A stretch of DNA of 32,555 nucleotides from Dicyema japonicum (taxonomy: Eukaryota > Animalia > Dicyemida), in assembly GCA_011109175.1 (NCBI GenBank), contig RDEW01000094.1, positions 1-32,555 on the forward strand, given 5' to 3'. Shown here piece by piece: positions 1 to 11,378 of the stretch. The notes below the pieces were generated by a model, which was not told where the DNA came from, did not search any database, and saw only the letters and a list, made by a program, of their open reading frames with translations. The position numbers were made by a program, and so were the translations under genes. Positions within the stretch are counted from its first letter, which is position 1, and each line of letters begins with the position of its first letter.

Positions 1-699
1 AATGATACGACCAACTCCTAAACCAAAATATACTAAGTTTAATTATTTATGTCCACCGAGCAACACGCTTCTAACTATAGCAATCGATGTCAACTGAAGA
101 ACAATTTGGTTTCACAAACGTCATGCATTTTGAGTGTGGCCAGACGTCCCAATATCATGAAGAATGACTTCCAATTTATCGCTCCGTTGTCTTGACACCG
201 AAAGGAAGTGAATCAGTAGATAAACCCTTGGAGTTTTCTCCTTTTAACATTTTCTTAATTATAATAGTAACTCTAATTTTAGTAGAAGATAAGGAGTCAA
301 CACGAATGGCGTCTTATACTTAGCGATTCCTTCTCGAACGAAAATCGTGTAATTTCGTCTCAGATAGTTTCCATATGAATCAAAACCGTTAATAAAAATG
401 CGTTGGTAACTTTACGTGCCATTTCACTAAAAAAGAACATGGACCCATAAGTAAAAGCCTTCTCCAAAATATCTTCTGAAGTGACAAAATTCAAAGTACA
501 AATGTCACCATGTGTTAATTATAATTTTTAAATTCTACCCTCGAAAATTGGGCAATCTTTAATTGACCACATTTTGAAAAAAAAATTTCTAAAAAAATCA
601 TATTCTTTTTATTAATTAACTACAATTTTTAATAAAAATTGAAAAAAAATAAAAATTTTATCAACACGTCTTCTGATGCTTATCGTGGATTATATAATC

Positions 700-1130
700 T
701 CCGTACTTTTAATAAGAAAACTCAAATTTTAAATTATAAAAAAATACATGATGCTATTTCATACAAGCAATTAGCTAATATATTTTTAATTTGATTCGAA
801 AGACTAAATCAAGAAAAGCAAAAATTTTTACTAAAGAAAGACACTATTTTAAATGATTCTAAAAATATCAACTGTCTTTCAATGCTACGCGTAAACTAAA
901 GTTTCCTAAGCTTGAAAATAAGTTGGTAGAATAGATGGAGGAGGTAGTGGATCTAAAATTATCTTATGAAAAAATCAATTTTTTGGTTATTTTCTATATG
1001 GTATTTTTTTCAAATGAGTTGCAACTCAGTAATTTTAAAAATCCTAATGGATTTTATGATTTCTTCATTAATACTTTGAAGAAATTTCAAATGCACATAT
1101 AGAAACAAATAAAATCGGTAAGGAACTAAA
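700..1130 (+). mobile_element. pogo/Tigger-like transposase N-terminal remnant (CENP-B/psq HTH + HTH_Tnp_Tc5), degraded
   Basis: Translation across frameshifts gives KKTQILNYKKIHDAISYKQLANIF..LLKKDTIL, then RK.KFPKLENKLVE*MEEVV and NELQLSNFKNPNGFYDFF. These match the CENP-B-type motifs 'FPELE..LVEW' and 'FKASNGW' by recall. Boundaries approximate. Confidence 0.6.
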
Positions 1131-3409
1131 TTTTAATAAAACTTAAATTTGTTTTTTGTTTATTTATGAGATTTTTCTAAAAATTATCTCTTTGTTGTAG
1201 TTCAAAGTTATTGATTTTATTTTTTCAAATTGGCACCAAAATTTTAATTGAAATTATATTTAATTATCAATACGCATAAATAATTAATTAAAACAGCCAT
1301 CTATCCAGAGTGGACCTAGCCGACAATATCGACGTTGCGCTGNTTTTTGAGATTTACTTCTGAAATGAAAAAAATTTGATGCGAAAAGACAAAAGTTCAT
1401 TAAGATAGCAGTCATTGATTAAGTAACCATGAATTTCGCTGTTTTGTTCTTCGACAAAATTAAGATCACCATTATTCACAACCCACTCTTAAGGAATTAC
1501 AATGTTACATCTGGGGAACATAAATTCGTTAAAGTTGACTTTTATTTTTTTATTTGATTGATTTTATGCTATTTGCTAGTAAAAAAAGTCTCTGGCCCAC
1601 ATGCGGACGACAGAACATTGGTTTAAAACACAGACAAGTTCAAAAAAATATTGCAAAGATGTGAATACGTTGAATTCATGTAGAATATGATGTAAGTAGT
1701 TGCTGCAGAAGATTTACTAGAGAGCTGCATTAACGTGATCCATTGCATTCGAACCTAGGATAAGGATTCATCTCAATTTGTTCAATCATAAAATCCACAT
1801 TCTCTCCAATCTCCAGGAGCATCATATACAGCCAGGAGCTTTAAATTTTTTTCAGAATTATTTTTTTTGCTTTAAAAAATTAAATTTTTAAAATCTTTTT
1901 TTTACCAATAACTAATAAAATTCTATTAATAATATATATTCATTTTAAAAACCTCACAAACATTTCTCATATTGAATGATACTATTCCATTATGATTGGC
2001 TCTATTGTCATATCGAATGAGAAATGGTATAACAACGGAGAACTTAATTTGGCTATTTGTTCTTCTATTGATCCCAGACAACGCATTCAACCAATTAGGC
2101 ACAAGTAGAACCATAAGAATTCATATGCTTATGGGTAACGTGTGAGTACATTTAACTGACTGACAAATTTTCAATGTTCGGATGTTTGTAAGCCAGACCC
2201 CTTATAGAATAGAAGCATAAGACCACCTCAACAAAATTGATTTTTAACATCTGACGGGTGTTTTTTTCACGTTGCTTTAATAACAATAATTTTTGTAGTC
2301 CAAGTTGATGTCTTCTTTTTACAATGTCCAAACGACTTTTAGTTTAGACACTTCCACCGGTTAACACAGCTTGCGTTTAAATTAATGATGCAGCAATCGA
2401 AAGAACGGAAATTTTCGATCTTTTAAAATCAAGAATTTTTTGAATATTGATTACATAAAATGAAAAAATTAATGAAAATTTTTTAAAAAATTCAGAAAGA
2501 CTGAATAAAATCAGAAAACATGAGACTTGTAGACAAAAAGATACAGCGTTAAATCAATCGAAATTCGGCCGTCTCTTGAGTAAGATGGATCCAATGACGC
2601 CACCAGAAAGAAGATAAATATTAATCAAGTAGCCACATGGTAATTCAGCTTTATTGACTTTATTTTAAAATTGGCGACAAAATTCAAGTAATCAAAATGC
2701 CAATTTGCCAGGAATCACGGTAAAAATAATTTTTTATCACCCACCTAAGTTCATATCGCCCCCTGAAAGCAATTTCTCATAAACACCCACCTGAAATTTC
2801 AAATCGCCCTAAAAAGAACCGATATCACTCATTTTGGTAAAGCTTGAACAAATTGAAATGATGGTAGATATTTACCCTCTATTCATCGCGAAAATATATA
2901 TGAAGAGACTGCGCGGAAGTGTTTGCTGGCTCATTTGATGAATAAATAATGAGATGTAGCTAAATTAAACATATAAACAATGTACGTAAATTTGAATTTT
3001 TTGTAAAATTAATTATTTTGTAAAATTTTTTATAATTAATAATTTCCAGATGAGTAGTCTATATTTATTTTAATTATTAAATTTTCAATATAAAACCACT
3101 CACTAATAAATTAAATTTTACGTTCAATGAATTAATTTATCGTTATTTAAGATTTAAAAATGTAACAAATGTTATGTGCAATGTATATACGTGTGCTATG
3201 ATGTAAATTGTACCGCCCCAGTCTGATAATAATGCTGATTGTACATTCTGAGCACCTCATTTGTTAAATTATCAATTTCAACATAAAACCTCGAATCCAT
3301 CGCATTTTTAAAATAATTTTTTTCATTTTCTCATTATTTTTATTTTTTCAATTTTTTTTCAAAAAAAACTTCTACACGAGACATTATCATTTTTTGTGTT
3401 GTGGTCTTA

Positions 3410-3900
3410 ATGAAACGTAATTATACAAGATTAAAAAATTATGAAAAGCTCCAAATTATAAAATTTATCGGACAAAATCCACGGATTTCACTGCAAGAGT
3501 GTCTGAAATAGTTTTCGGAAAATTCAAACGTGTTATTTCAAAACGATCCTTAAATTCGTGTCAAGACTGCAAATAAATGATCAAATTCCAGAAGATGAGT
3601 TTCTTCTCTATAGTATACAGAGAATGAAGAGATCCTGGAAAATATTGATGAAAATGATGATGAAGAAAAAGAATATCAGAGCCTACGCTTCTATGAAGAT
3701 CACTAACGAAATACCAAACTACCGTCGATAGGAATTCCGACGATCGAGATGAAAATTGTAAGGTCGCAAATCGTGTGAAAAATATTCTATATAACAAGGA
3801 AGATTAATTCAACTTTAACTTTACCTTGCGGCAAAAAAACTAAAACAGCCAACGATCTTGTTGAATTAATTAATTTGATGAAAAGAAGAGACCTTGGATG
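3410..3900 (+). mobile_element. Second pogo/Tigger-like HTH remnant (different family), degraded
   Basis: ATG at 3410 gives MKRNYTRLKNYEKLQIIKFIGQNPRISLQ, continuing after a frameshift as EIVFGKFKRVISKRSL. This resembles the psq/CENP-B N-terminal HTH. The downstream part is too decayed to confirm. Confidence 0.4.
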
Positions 3901-4139
3901 GGAATAGTACAAAGGGTGCACATGGGAACCTTAATTGTTTTTTTGTGTTATCTGCAGTGCCAATAAAACAGGATCTTCCAATCAACAAAGACAATGGTAA
4001 ATCAAAAACGACACATGTCAATCATTAACGACACTTTGTCAATCAATTCAATACTGCTGCGGAATAAAACCAATTTTTTAGTATTTAGTCAAATTTCAAC
4101 CCTAATGACCACATCAAATAACCAGGAAAATGAAAGAAA

Positions 4140-4520
4140 CAATAGCCAGGAAGGCGTAAAATCTCAAATGAAGTCAGAGAACTCTTTATTAACAATGCTA
4201 AGAATAATTTTGGCAATACCGAGATCTCCCGAGTTATGGCTCTTCCTTGTACAAATGTTTGTACAATTGTTTCTTCATATCTGAAGGATGAAGTTTTCAA
4301 TGCTCTGAAAGACATAATGTGTCAACCGTGGAGGGGATCATAAAACAATCTTGACCGATTATCATAAAAATTTAATACGGAGTGGATTGATAAAGATGCA
4401 ACAATGACCTTGGGGGCGTTGAAAATAAAACTTTGAGGAGGAGACGAGATATTTGTATGTACAAGCACCATCACTGAAAACTCTCAACATTGTTTCTGGG
4501 AGAAGAAACTGTAAAAGCAC
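4140..4520 (+). mobile_element. IS630/Tc1-mariner transposase N-terminal (homeodomain-like HTH) remnant
   Basis: Translation across breaks gives MLRNNFGNTEISRVMALPCTNVCTIVSSYLKDEV and RGGDHKTILTDYHKNLIREWIDKDATMTLGALKIKL. Same element type as 20060-20990. Confidence 0.6.
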
Positions 4521-4599
4521 CAATCAGGCACGATTGGAATATGGGAAAAATTTCCAAGAAATTTTATCTGACGTTGGGGATAGTTAAATATAAAGTAGT

Positions 4600-5416
4600 A
4601 ACTAATGCTAATAATGCTATTTTGTACCAGCAATTAGCTGATATATTCTAAATTTGTTTTGAAAGACTATATCACAAAAAACAAATATTTTTACTGAAGA
4701 AAGATACTATTTTACATGATTCTAAAATTATCAACTGTCTTCTAAAGCTACGCGTAAACCAAAGTTTCCGAAACTTGAAGATAAGTTGGTAGAATGAATG
4801 GATGAGGTTGTGGATCTAAAATTATCTTATGGAAAAATCAATTTTTTTGGTTATTTTCTGAATAGTATTTTTTTCAAATGAGTTGCANAATTAGCTGATA
4901 TATTCTAAATTTGTTTTGAAAGACTATATCACAAAAAACAAATATTTTTACTGAAGAAAGACACTATTTTACATGATTCTAAAATTATCAACTGTCTTCT
5001 AAAGCTACGCGTAAACCAAAGTTTCCGAAACTTGAAGATAAGTTGGTAGAATGAATGGAGGAGGTTGTGGATCTAAAATTATCTTATGAAAAAATCAATT
5101 TTGTAGGTTATTTTCTATATGGTATTTTTTTCAAATGAGTTGCAACTCAGTGATTTCAAAAATCCTAATGGATTTTATGACTTCTTCATTAAGACTTTAA
5201 AGAAATTTCAAATGCACATATTGAAACAAATAAAATCGGTTAGGAATTAAATTTTAATAAAACTTAAATTTGTTTTTTGTTCATTTATGACATTTTTCTA
5301 AAAATTATCTCTTCGTTGTTTTTCAAAGTTATTGATTTTATTTTTTCAAATTGGCCACAAAATTTTAATTGAAATTATATTTGATTATCAAAACGCATAA
5401 ATAATTAATTAACACA
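4600..5416 (+). mobile_element. pogo/Tigger-like HTH remnant, copy of about 770-1295, with a 257-nt apparent duplication joined at a single N
   Basis: SSKATRKPKFPKLEDKLVE*MEEVV...NELQLSDFKNPNG, highly similar to 770-1295. Segment 4632-4887 is repeated from 4889, with N at 4888. Confidence 0.6.
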
Positions 5417-5469
5417 NNNNNNNNNNNNNNNNNNNNNNNNNNNNNNNNNNNNNNNNNNNNNNNNNNNNN

Positions 5470-5960
5470 ACTCCAGATATCAATTTCGTCAATCAAAACA
5501 AATTTTTTCAGATCTATAATAAATGCAAATAAAACCTAAAAAATAGCTTAATTCTGTCAAGCTGCATCTGCCATAAATTTTCTACACTTTTTCGACATCG
5601 GTAAATAGAAGGAAGATTATGTCCAATACTCTCAAACAAGTCTCGTAAGCCTTTAGTGTTTAACTATTGCAAGAGAATATCGGATTCGACAAAAGCCTTA
5701 GTTAGTGACTTTATCGACCCATGTGTCGGCAGATGAGACGAGTTATATAGTATTGACACCTGTAAAATAGTAAAAAAATAATAAACCTGCTAATTTAATA
5801 TGCTTTTTAGAGGATCTATGTGATTCACTAAAAAATTTGTTTTTTTTTTGCAGTACAAATGTCCCACATAAATTAAAAAAGAGATTTCCTTGTGAATTGA
5901 TAGAAAATCCATCAGGAGATTTTCAAACACAAGACTTATTCTTTTCAATTACACGCTTGA
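5470..5960 (-). mobile_element. CGGBP1-like/hAT transposase remnant (zinc-finger-like N-terminus + DUF region + first catalytic strand)
   Basis: Minus-strand translation across breaks: FSINSQGNLFFNLCGTFV..KFFSESHRSSKKH; TKAFVESDILLQ*LNTKGLRDLFESIGHNLPSIYRCRK; DLKKFVLIDEIDI. These resemble CGGBP1/hAT motifs 'AF.SADIPL.KL.N..LR.F' and 'IDE' by recall. Confidence 0.55.
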
Positions 5961-6080
5961 TTGACCTAAAAATCAAATTTTGACCTTTTTGACATTAAAC
6001 AAAATTTTTACGTTATAACTTTTGATTAATATAATATTTTTGATTAAAAATACGTTTTTTATAAGTTTTTGACAATTTTA

Positions 6081-6374
6081 AAGAACATATCAATTTTTGA
6101 CTTTAATTGACAAAATTGTCCTAGTAATCATATAATTTCCAGACACATTTGAATTTAGTTTCCCACTGCATGGTCACAAACTGGATGTCTCCTTCCACAT
6201 CAAAATCCTCTATAACAATATATACAAAAAGAACATATCAATTTTTGACTTTAATTGACAAAATTGCCCTAGTAATCATATAATTTCCAGACACAATTGA
6301 ATTTAGTTTCCGACTGCATGGTCACACACTGGATGTCTCCTTCCACATCAAAATCCTCTATAACAATATATACA
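6081..6374. repeat. 148-nt tandem duplication containing the empty target site of the CRE element
   Basis: Units 6081-6228 and 6229-6374 differ at about 4 positions. Each carries CATATCAATTTTTGACTTTAATTGAC, with AATTTTTGA at 6092-6100 and 6240-6248. Confidence 0.85.
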
Positions 6375-6600
6375 ACAGGACGGAGACAATTCATTGACAC
6401 GAATATCCTTCGAACTGTAGCTGGTCACTCTAATGGTCAACAAAGAGAGTTTCAAACGCTCATGTACAAGCAATTCATTAAGATGACACTGAATTATCTC
6501 TCCCTAACGTGGGCTCCACGCATATCACCCTCAACTGTCTCCAACTGGCCTGAATTACCAGGAATCGACGTGAAAGTAATGTAGCTTTGGGAGCATCCTG
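6290..6600 (+). mobile_element. LINE (APE-type) RT thumb fragment
   Basis: NILRTVAGHSNGQQREFQTLMYKQFIKMTLNYLSLTWAPRISPS resembles the LINE post-RT motif 'LR.LAG..WG......L.YK..IRS.LDY....W.P'. Paralog at about 18990-19224. Confidence 0.6.
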
Positions 6601-6879
6601 TCTTTTAACGGTAGCCAGTTTTCTATTTTAGCGAAACTGGTTAATACTTTAATTTATAGCATTTGGATGCCCTAATTATTATTGATCGATTAGAAATGAC
6701 TCGTAATTAACAATTCTCTTTAGGTTTGCTTCTCCCCACACTGGCTACTTAGTCAAATATTTCTCTAAGTTCCTCTTTCCTTCTCTTCTTTTTTGAGTGG
6801 TATTCTGACATCCACTTGTCTCAGATAATAGTGGCATAAAAAAATAATCTCGATCAATAGAGATTAATTTTTAAGATTA

Positions 6880-7020
6880 AAAACGAACTGAAGATCTATC
6901 CTGTCGGATCGGCTCAATGATCCTGAGGGTCACCAAAAATCCACGGGAGACTGGATGGCTTCGAGAGCGTATCTCAATATATATCGTCAGAGGAAAGAGA
7001 GCCGTGTTAGCTACCTAATT
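6880..7020 (+). mobile_element. CRE-type retrotransposon extreme C-terminus/3' end
   Basis: NPRETGWLRERISIYIVRGKRAVLA matches the CRE C-terminal motif 'D.RE..FL.QRISLAI.RGN'. Paralog at 19280-19415. Confidence 0.6.
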
Positions 7021-7169
7021 TTTAATTTCTAAAATCACTTAATAAATTTGAACAAAAGAACAAAAAAATTATGGTGACATTGTTATTATCAAGGCACTTT
7101 CACGAAAGCCATAATGTTTATAGTCCCGAATATGCAACACTCAAAACAATATTTAGCATTAATCTTTTC

Positions 7170-7410
7170 TATTTTCTTCTTTCGAATGCAGACCATCTTA
7201 ATTCGTCTAGGTCATCCCCCCTTTTGAGCTTTTTTCACCTGGTTTAAATCTTTGTTTAAGATAATCGGCTGTGTCGTCCGCGGAAAGGTTTGTCGCAACT
7301 GTCAAAGAAATCTTCCATAGCTCTGTTAGCAGGTGCGTACGGGTTCATTCTTAATACATGTCCGAATAGCTGTACTGGGTATCTATCACATCATTTCTGA
7401 TGTAATAACA
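7170..7410 (-). mobile_element. RTE-clade retrotransposon 3' fragment
   Basis: QLFGHVLRMNPYAPANRAMEDFFDSCDKPFRGR..LNKDL..DDLDELRWSAFERRK matches the RTE C-terminal motif 'FGHILRM...PA..AM....F..RGR'. Paralog at 19565-19800. Confidence 0.7.
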
Positions 7411-7685
7411 CATAAACCTGTTGTAAATACAACTGGTTGATATTCTTAAGCTTATAAAGCTGGCTAATTGAACACATTTCCTTATTTTTGAGCACAAAGT
7501 TACATCCAAAAATAAAAAAAATGATAGCATTAAGTGTAATTGAGCTATGCGGTAGAGCTCAGAGATCCATCATCAGTTCAATTATCAAGTCAATTGACCA
7601 CGTGGTTAACTGGTAGAAAATATAAGGTTGGTATTGACTAAATTACTCAATTTATTAAAATGAAATTGAAAACAAATCAACTTGC

Positions 7686-8908
7686 TTATAAATTAATGAC
7701 TGTTTTGATTCCATTAGAGGAAATCAAATTATCGAATGCCTCTTGGTACTCATCAATTCCGTAACGGTGTGTAATGAGATCAGAGACATTCACTTTCCCA
7801 GAACTGATTAGGTCGATTGCCTGCGGATAACTGAAATTATACGTTCGAACTCTACCAATTATAAGTGTTTATAAATCCTCGGACTTCCAAAAATTTCCAG
7901 ACTATATTTGAAGTCAAGACTGAAGTTTTGGGAGATCCAAGTCCTACAAGAGTCAACACCCCACCTGGGAAGTTGCCTTTTATGATCTTTTAAAATAAGT
8001 ACATTAATGAGGCTTTCTATGTTTGAACTGATCCCACAACAGTCGATAGATACATCAGCCATCATTCCCAGTTGACTTACTACTCTTTTTCCTATCTCAA
8101 TGACAGATTCTCCTTTTTGTACGACAACTCCACAATCAGCTCCTTTTTTTCATAGCAAAGCTGACTTTATCTCTAGAAACGTCTAAATTTAAGTTGATAC
8201 AATAACCCATGACGCAAATTCGTGAAGCTCCACTAACTTTAGCAATCATCATTGTTAGTGAGCCAATGACCCCTGCACGTGTTTTCAGATAAATAAATAC
8301 CGACTCCACCAATAAGAACAGTTTGTCCAATCGATATTCCAGCACGTTTGCAGATACCCACGGCAATGGAAAGTGGCTGAACAAGTGCACCTTCCTCAAA
8401 AGACATTGAATCTGGAATTTTGAAGCAACAAGAAGCTTTGCGTGTGATACTCTGCGTGTGATACTCTGAAAGGGCTCCATCTTGATTGACATCTCCCAAA
8501 TAATTGAGATTTTCGCAAATGTTTGATTTTCCTTCTTTGCAAAATTTACAGTCATTGCATCTTATAAGAGGCTCTACTGCAACTCTGTCTCCTACTTGAT
8601 TATCCACTTTAAGACCTGGTCTTAAATTTGTAACATTTGACCCGACCTCTTCACAATTCCAGCTGGTTCGTGTCCAAGTCGAAGAGGTCTCAGATTTATC
8701 AAATTATTAAGGCCACCATTTTTCCAGCTTGCAACGTCACTCCCACAAAGTCCAACAGATTTTATTCTGATTTTGACTTCTAAGATTGAAATTAACTAAT
8801 TAACCATCAACGTCTATTTTTGGTGGAGTTTGTATTTCCTAGTTATGAATTATGCTAAATTACCAATCGTAAATCATTGGGACCATATAAAACGACAGAT
8901 TTCGACAT
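7686..8908 (-). pseudogene. SORD: Sorbitol dehydrogenase (zinc-dependent MDR family), 8 exons/7 tiny introns, apparently frameshifted
   Basis: Spliced translation: MSKSVVLYGPNDLRL|EIQTPPKIDVD|EVKIRIKSVGLCGSDV..LGHEPAGIV..P|GDRVAVEP..CNDCKFCKEGKSNIC..GGV|GVIG..M|DVSRDK..LIN|..PGGVLTLVGLG..YN|CYPQAIDLISSGKVNVSDLITHRY..NL*. GT-AG introns: 8839-8863 (25), 8780-8804 (25), 8592-8615 (24), 8273-8300 (28), 8183-8206 (24), 7977-8002 (26), 7831-7855 (25). Frameshifts near 8652 (-1), 8144-8150 (+1 in an A7 run) and about 7970 (-1). A 14-nt tandem duplication lies at 8440-8467. Confidence 0.92.
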
Positions 8909-9127
8909 TGTCAAATGTTAGCGACAAAACTCTCTTTATAGTTGTGGTTTATAGTGGTCATATTTAAAAATCTGATAAGCTTACTAATTCATCGATGTGG
9001 TTAATCCCAAAGCGTGTTATTGACTATCAGAATTCCAACATTATTAATTCTATCGGAAAGATAATTTCATATTCTTATTATGAGATTAAATTTATTTTGA
9101 TGTGATGATGATGTGCAATAGAGGTAT

Positions 9128-9817
9128 NNNNNNNNNNNNNNNNNNNNNNNNNNNNNNNNNNNNNNNNNNNNNNNNNNNNNNNNNNNNNNNNNNNNNNNNN
9201 NNNNNNNNNNNNNNNNNNNNNNNNNNNNNNNNNNNNNNNNNNNNNNNNNNNNNNNNNNNNNNNNNNNNNNNNNNNNNNNNNNNNNNNNNNNNNNNNNNNN
9301 NNNNNNNNNNNNNNNNNNNNNNNNNNNNNNNNNNNNNNNNNNNNNNNNNNNNNNNNNNNNNNNNNNNNNNNNNNNNNNNNNNNNNNNNNNNNNNNNNNNN
9401 NNNNNNNNNNNNNNNNNNNNNNNNNNNNNNNNNNNNNNNNNNNNNNNNNNNNNNNNNNNNNNNNNNNNNNNNNNNNNNNNNNNNNNNNNNNNNNNNNNNN
9501 NNNNNNNNNNNNNNNNNNNNNNNNNNNNNNNNNNNNNNNNNNNNNNNNNNNNNNNNNNNNNNNNNNNNNNNNNNNNNNNNNNNNNNNNNNNNNNNNNNNN
9601 NNNNNNNNNNNNNNNNNNNNNNNNNNNNNNNNNNNNNNNNNNNNNNNNNNNNNNNNNNNNNNNNNNNNNNNNNNNNNNNNNNNNNNNNNNNNNNNNNNNN
9701 NNNNNNNNNNNNNNNNNNNNNNNNNNNNNNNNNNNNNNNNNNNNNNNNNNNNNNNNNNNNNNNNNNNNNNNNNNNNNNNNNNNNNNNNNNNNNNNNNNNN
9801 NNNNNNNNNNNNNNNNN
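9128..9817. other. Assembly gap (690 N)
   Basis: Run of N. Its flanks match 21664 and 23018 in block B. Other gaps: 5417-5469 and 24733-25059. Confidence 1.
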
Positions 9818-10237
9818 GGCTCGTTAACTTCCGACGGATAGAATTTAATGGTAAACCTATAAAAGTTGATATCATGGATTGTTTCATCATAAGTTCCATA
9901 GACAACATCATAGTCTAACAATAAACTAAATAATACATGAGAATATTCTGAAAGTGAAATGAATATAAAAATTAAAACCAGCATTAACAAATAATACAGA
10001 TATTCAATATATAAGCAGCATAAATAAAATTCAGACACAAATCGTTAACACAATTATTAATAAATTTTTGTTGCTTTTGAGTTCTTAAATTAGATGGGAC
10101 AAGTTATTCAATTTGATAATTGGTCGGGCTGCAATTCCACTAAATGTCTAATTAATTTCATATTATGTTTACCGGTAGAATAAATGAATGGATTTGTTTT
10201 TCAATCATATTAGTCGATTGTTTAAACAAATCATTGC

Positions 10238-10405
10238 AAAACCACTGGTGTGGATAGCATCTCTATCTCCAACCTTGTTATGACAGCAACTAACACATGC
10301 TCTGCCTCAGAGAAGGCTGAGACCCTAAAGGTGAAGAAATACGTATGTCTCGGTGGACGATTCATTTTTGACCAGTAGCCGTGAAAACGTCAAAATTTAA
10401 TGAAG
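10238..10405 (+). mobile_element. CRE-type RLE domain fragment
   Basis: KPLVW(D)..DSISISNLVMTATNTCSASEKAETLKVKKYVCLGGRFIF..PVAVKT resembles CRE 'L.WD..C.DT...S.....A......A..AE..K..KY..L...F.F.PVAVET'. Paralog at 23440-23605. Confidence 0.6.
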
Positions 10406-10469
10406 CATGTCATTGATTGAATAGACAGAATCAGATCGCTCATTGCGAAGAAGAAAAATGATAAAAAGT

Positions 10470-10830
10470 TAAAAAAGATATGATAAATTCAAGGTCATTA
10501 TAACGCAAAATCGATTGTTACAATTCATATAAAAGGTTGCTCAATTTCGATATCATTGACCTAAGCGATCTTTAAAAGATATCTTCTAAGGCCCTATGAC
10601 TTCATTCGTTTCGGAGACAACGGTTGCTCATGAAATCTTGTAAGTGGCAGTTGTATTTGGTTATTTAAAGTTTTCGAATACTAGTGATGCCTTCAAAGCT
10701 TCTTGTAGGAATCTTATAATTTCTGAGTGCAAAAAGGTATCCATAGATGCACCATTGCAAATAAGGTTTTTCCTAAGAGAGAATAGAAAAACTGTGATCC
10801 TGTCTGGGTGTTTTATATCAACTCGATATA
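10470..10830 (-). mobile_element. CRE-type RLE domain fragment (degenerate)
   Basis: DIKHPDRITVFLFSLRKNLICNGASMDTF..VSETNEVIGP corresponds to CRE 'DGKRPDGITVFPF..GK.L.WDATC.DTF..AVET.GV.GP'. Paralogs at 23670-24035 and 31090-31440, where it reads KRPDWITVYLF. Confidence 0.6.
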
Positions 10831-10849
10831 TGAAAAAAAGTTGAAAATG

Positions 10850-11378
10850 CAGATCTTGACTACTTAAGAGAGAATACAAGAAAAAGAAACTTGGAAGATG
10901 ATAATTAACGAAATTATTGGGAGTATTTAAAATAAAAAAACAACGAGAAAAGTAATAGTAGTTAATGAATAGGTACATATGAATTGGTCCTATGCTAATT
11001 CGGCGTTTAATAACAAATGTGATGACTCCGATGATTGTAGGTGTTACAACAGTGAGTATAATTCCTATAATAATGTACATTTTTGAATTATTAGAATTTT
11101 TATTTTTTTCAGGNCAGATCTTGACTACTTAAGAGAGAAAACAAGAAAAAGCAACTTGGAAGATGATATTTAACGAAATTATTCGGAGTATTTAAAATAA
11201 AAAAACAACGAGAAAAGTAATAGTAGTTAATGAATAGGTACATATGACATTGGTCCTATGCTAATTCGGCGTTTAATAACAAATGTGATGACTCCGATGA
11301 TTGTAGGTGTTACAACAGTGAGTATAATTCCTATAATAATGTACATTTTTGAATTATTAGAATTTGTATTTTTTCCAG
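10850..11378. repeat. 264-nt apparent tandem duplication joined at a single N (includes the LAMP-like last exon); probable scaffolding artefact
   Basis: Segment 10850-11113 is repeated at 11115-11378, with N at 11114. The left copy has a 1-nt deletion in the cytoplasmic tail codons. Confidence 0.75.

Noticed and set aside
1740-1765. B-box-like GGTTCGAAT on the minus strand
   Set aside because: No T-stem complementarity, A box or cloverleaf, so not a tRNA.
1935-2753. Possible host gene in duplicated segment (ORFs 1926-2114, 13832-14038, 14004-14189, 15223-15477; candidate 25-nt intron 2188-2212)
   Set aside because: No frame is consistent between the two copies and no family is recognisable. 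Kept only as repeat sequence.
3561-3800. Acidic stretch initially suggesting a piggyBac N-terminus
   Set aside because: No piggyBac catalytic motifs or TTAA-bounded TIRs. The flanking translation fits pogo and Tc1 remnants better.
4632-5145. 257-nt tandem repeat (and the 264-nt repeat at 10850-11378)
   Set aside because: Each junction is a single N, typical of unmerged overlapping contigs, so they are not counted as biological duplications.
7987-8002. A 16-nt SORD intron 6 (GTACTTATTTTAAAAG) that would avoid a frameshift
   Set aside because: Far below the 21-28-nt range seen elsewhere, and it gives worse alignment to SORD than a 26-nt intron plus a 1-nt deletion. It cannot be fully excluded without transcripts.
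9067-10038. Long ORFs spanning N runs (also 24707-25130)
   Set aside because: Their length is an artefact of translating gaps as X.
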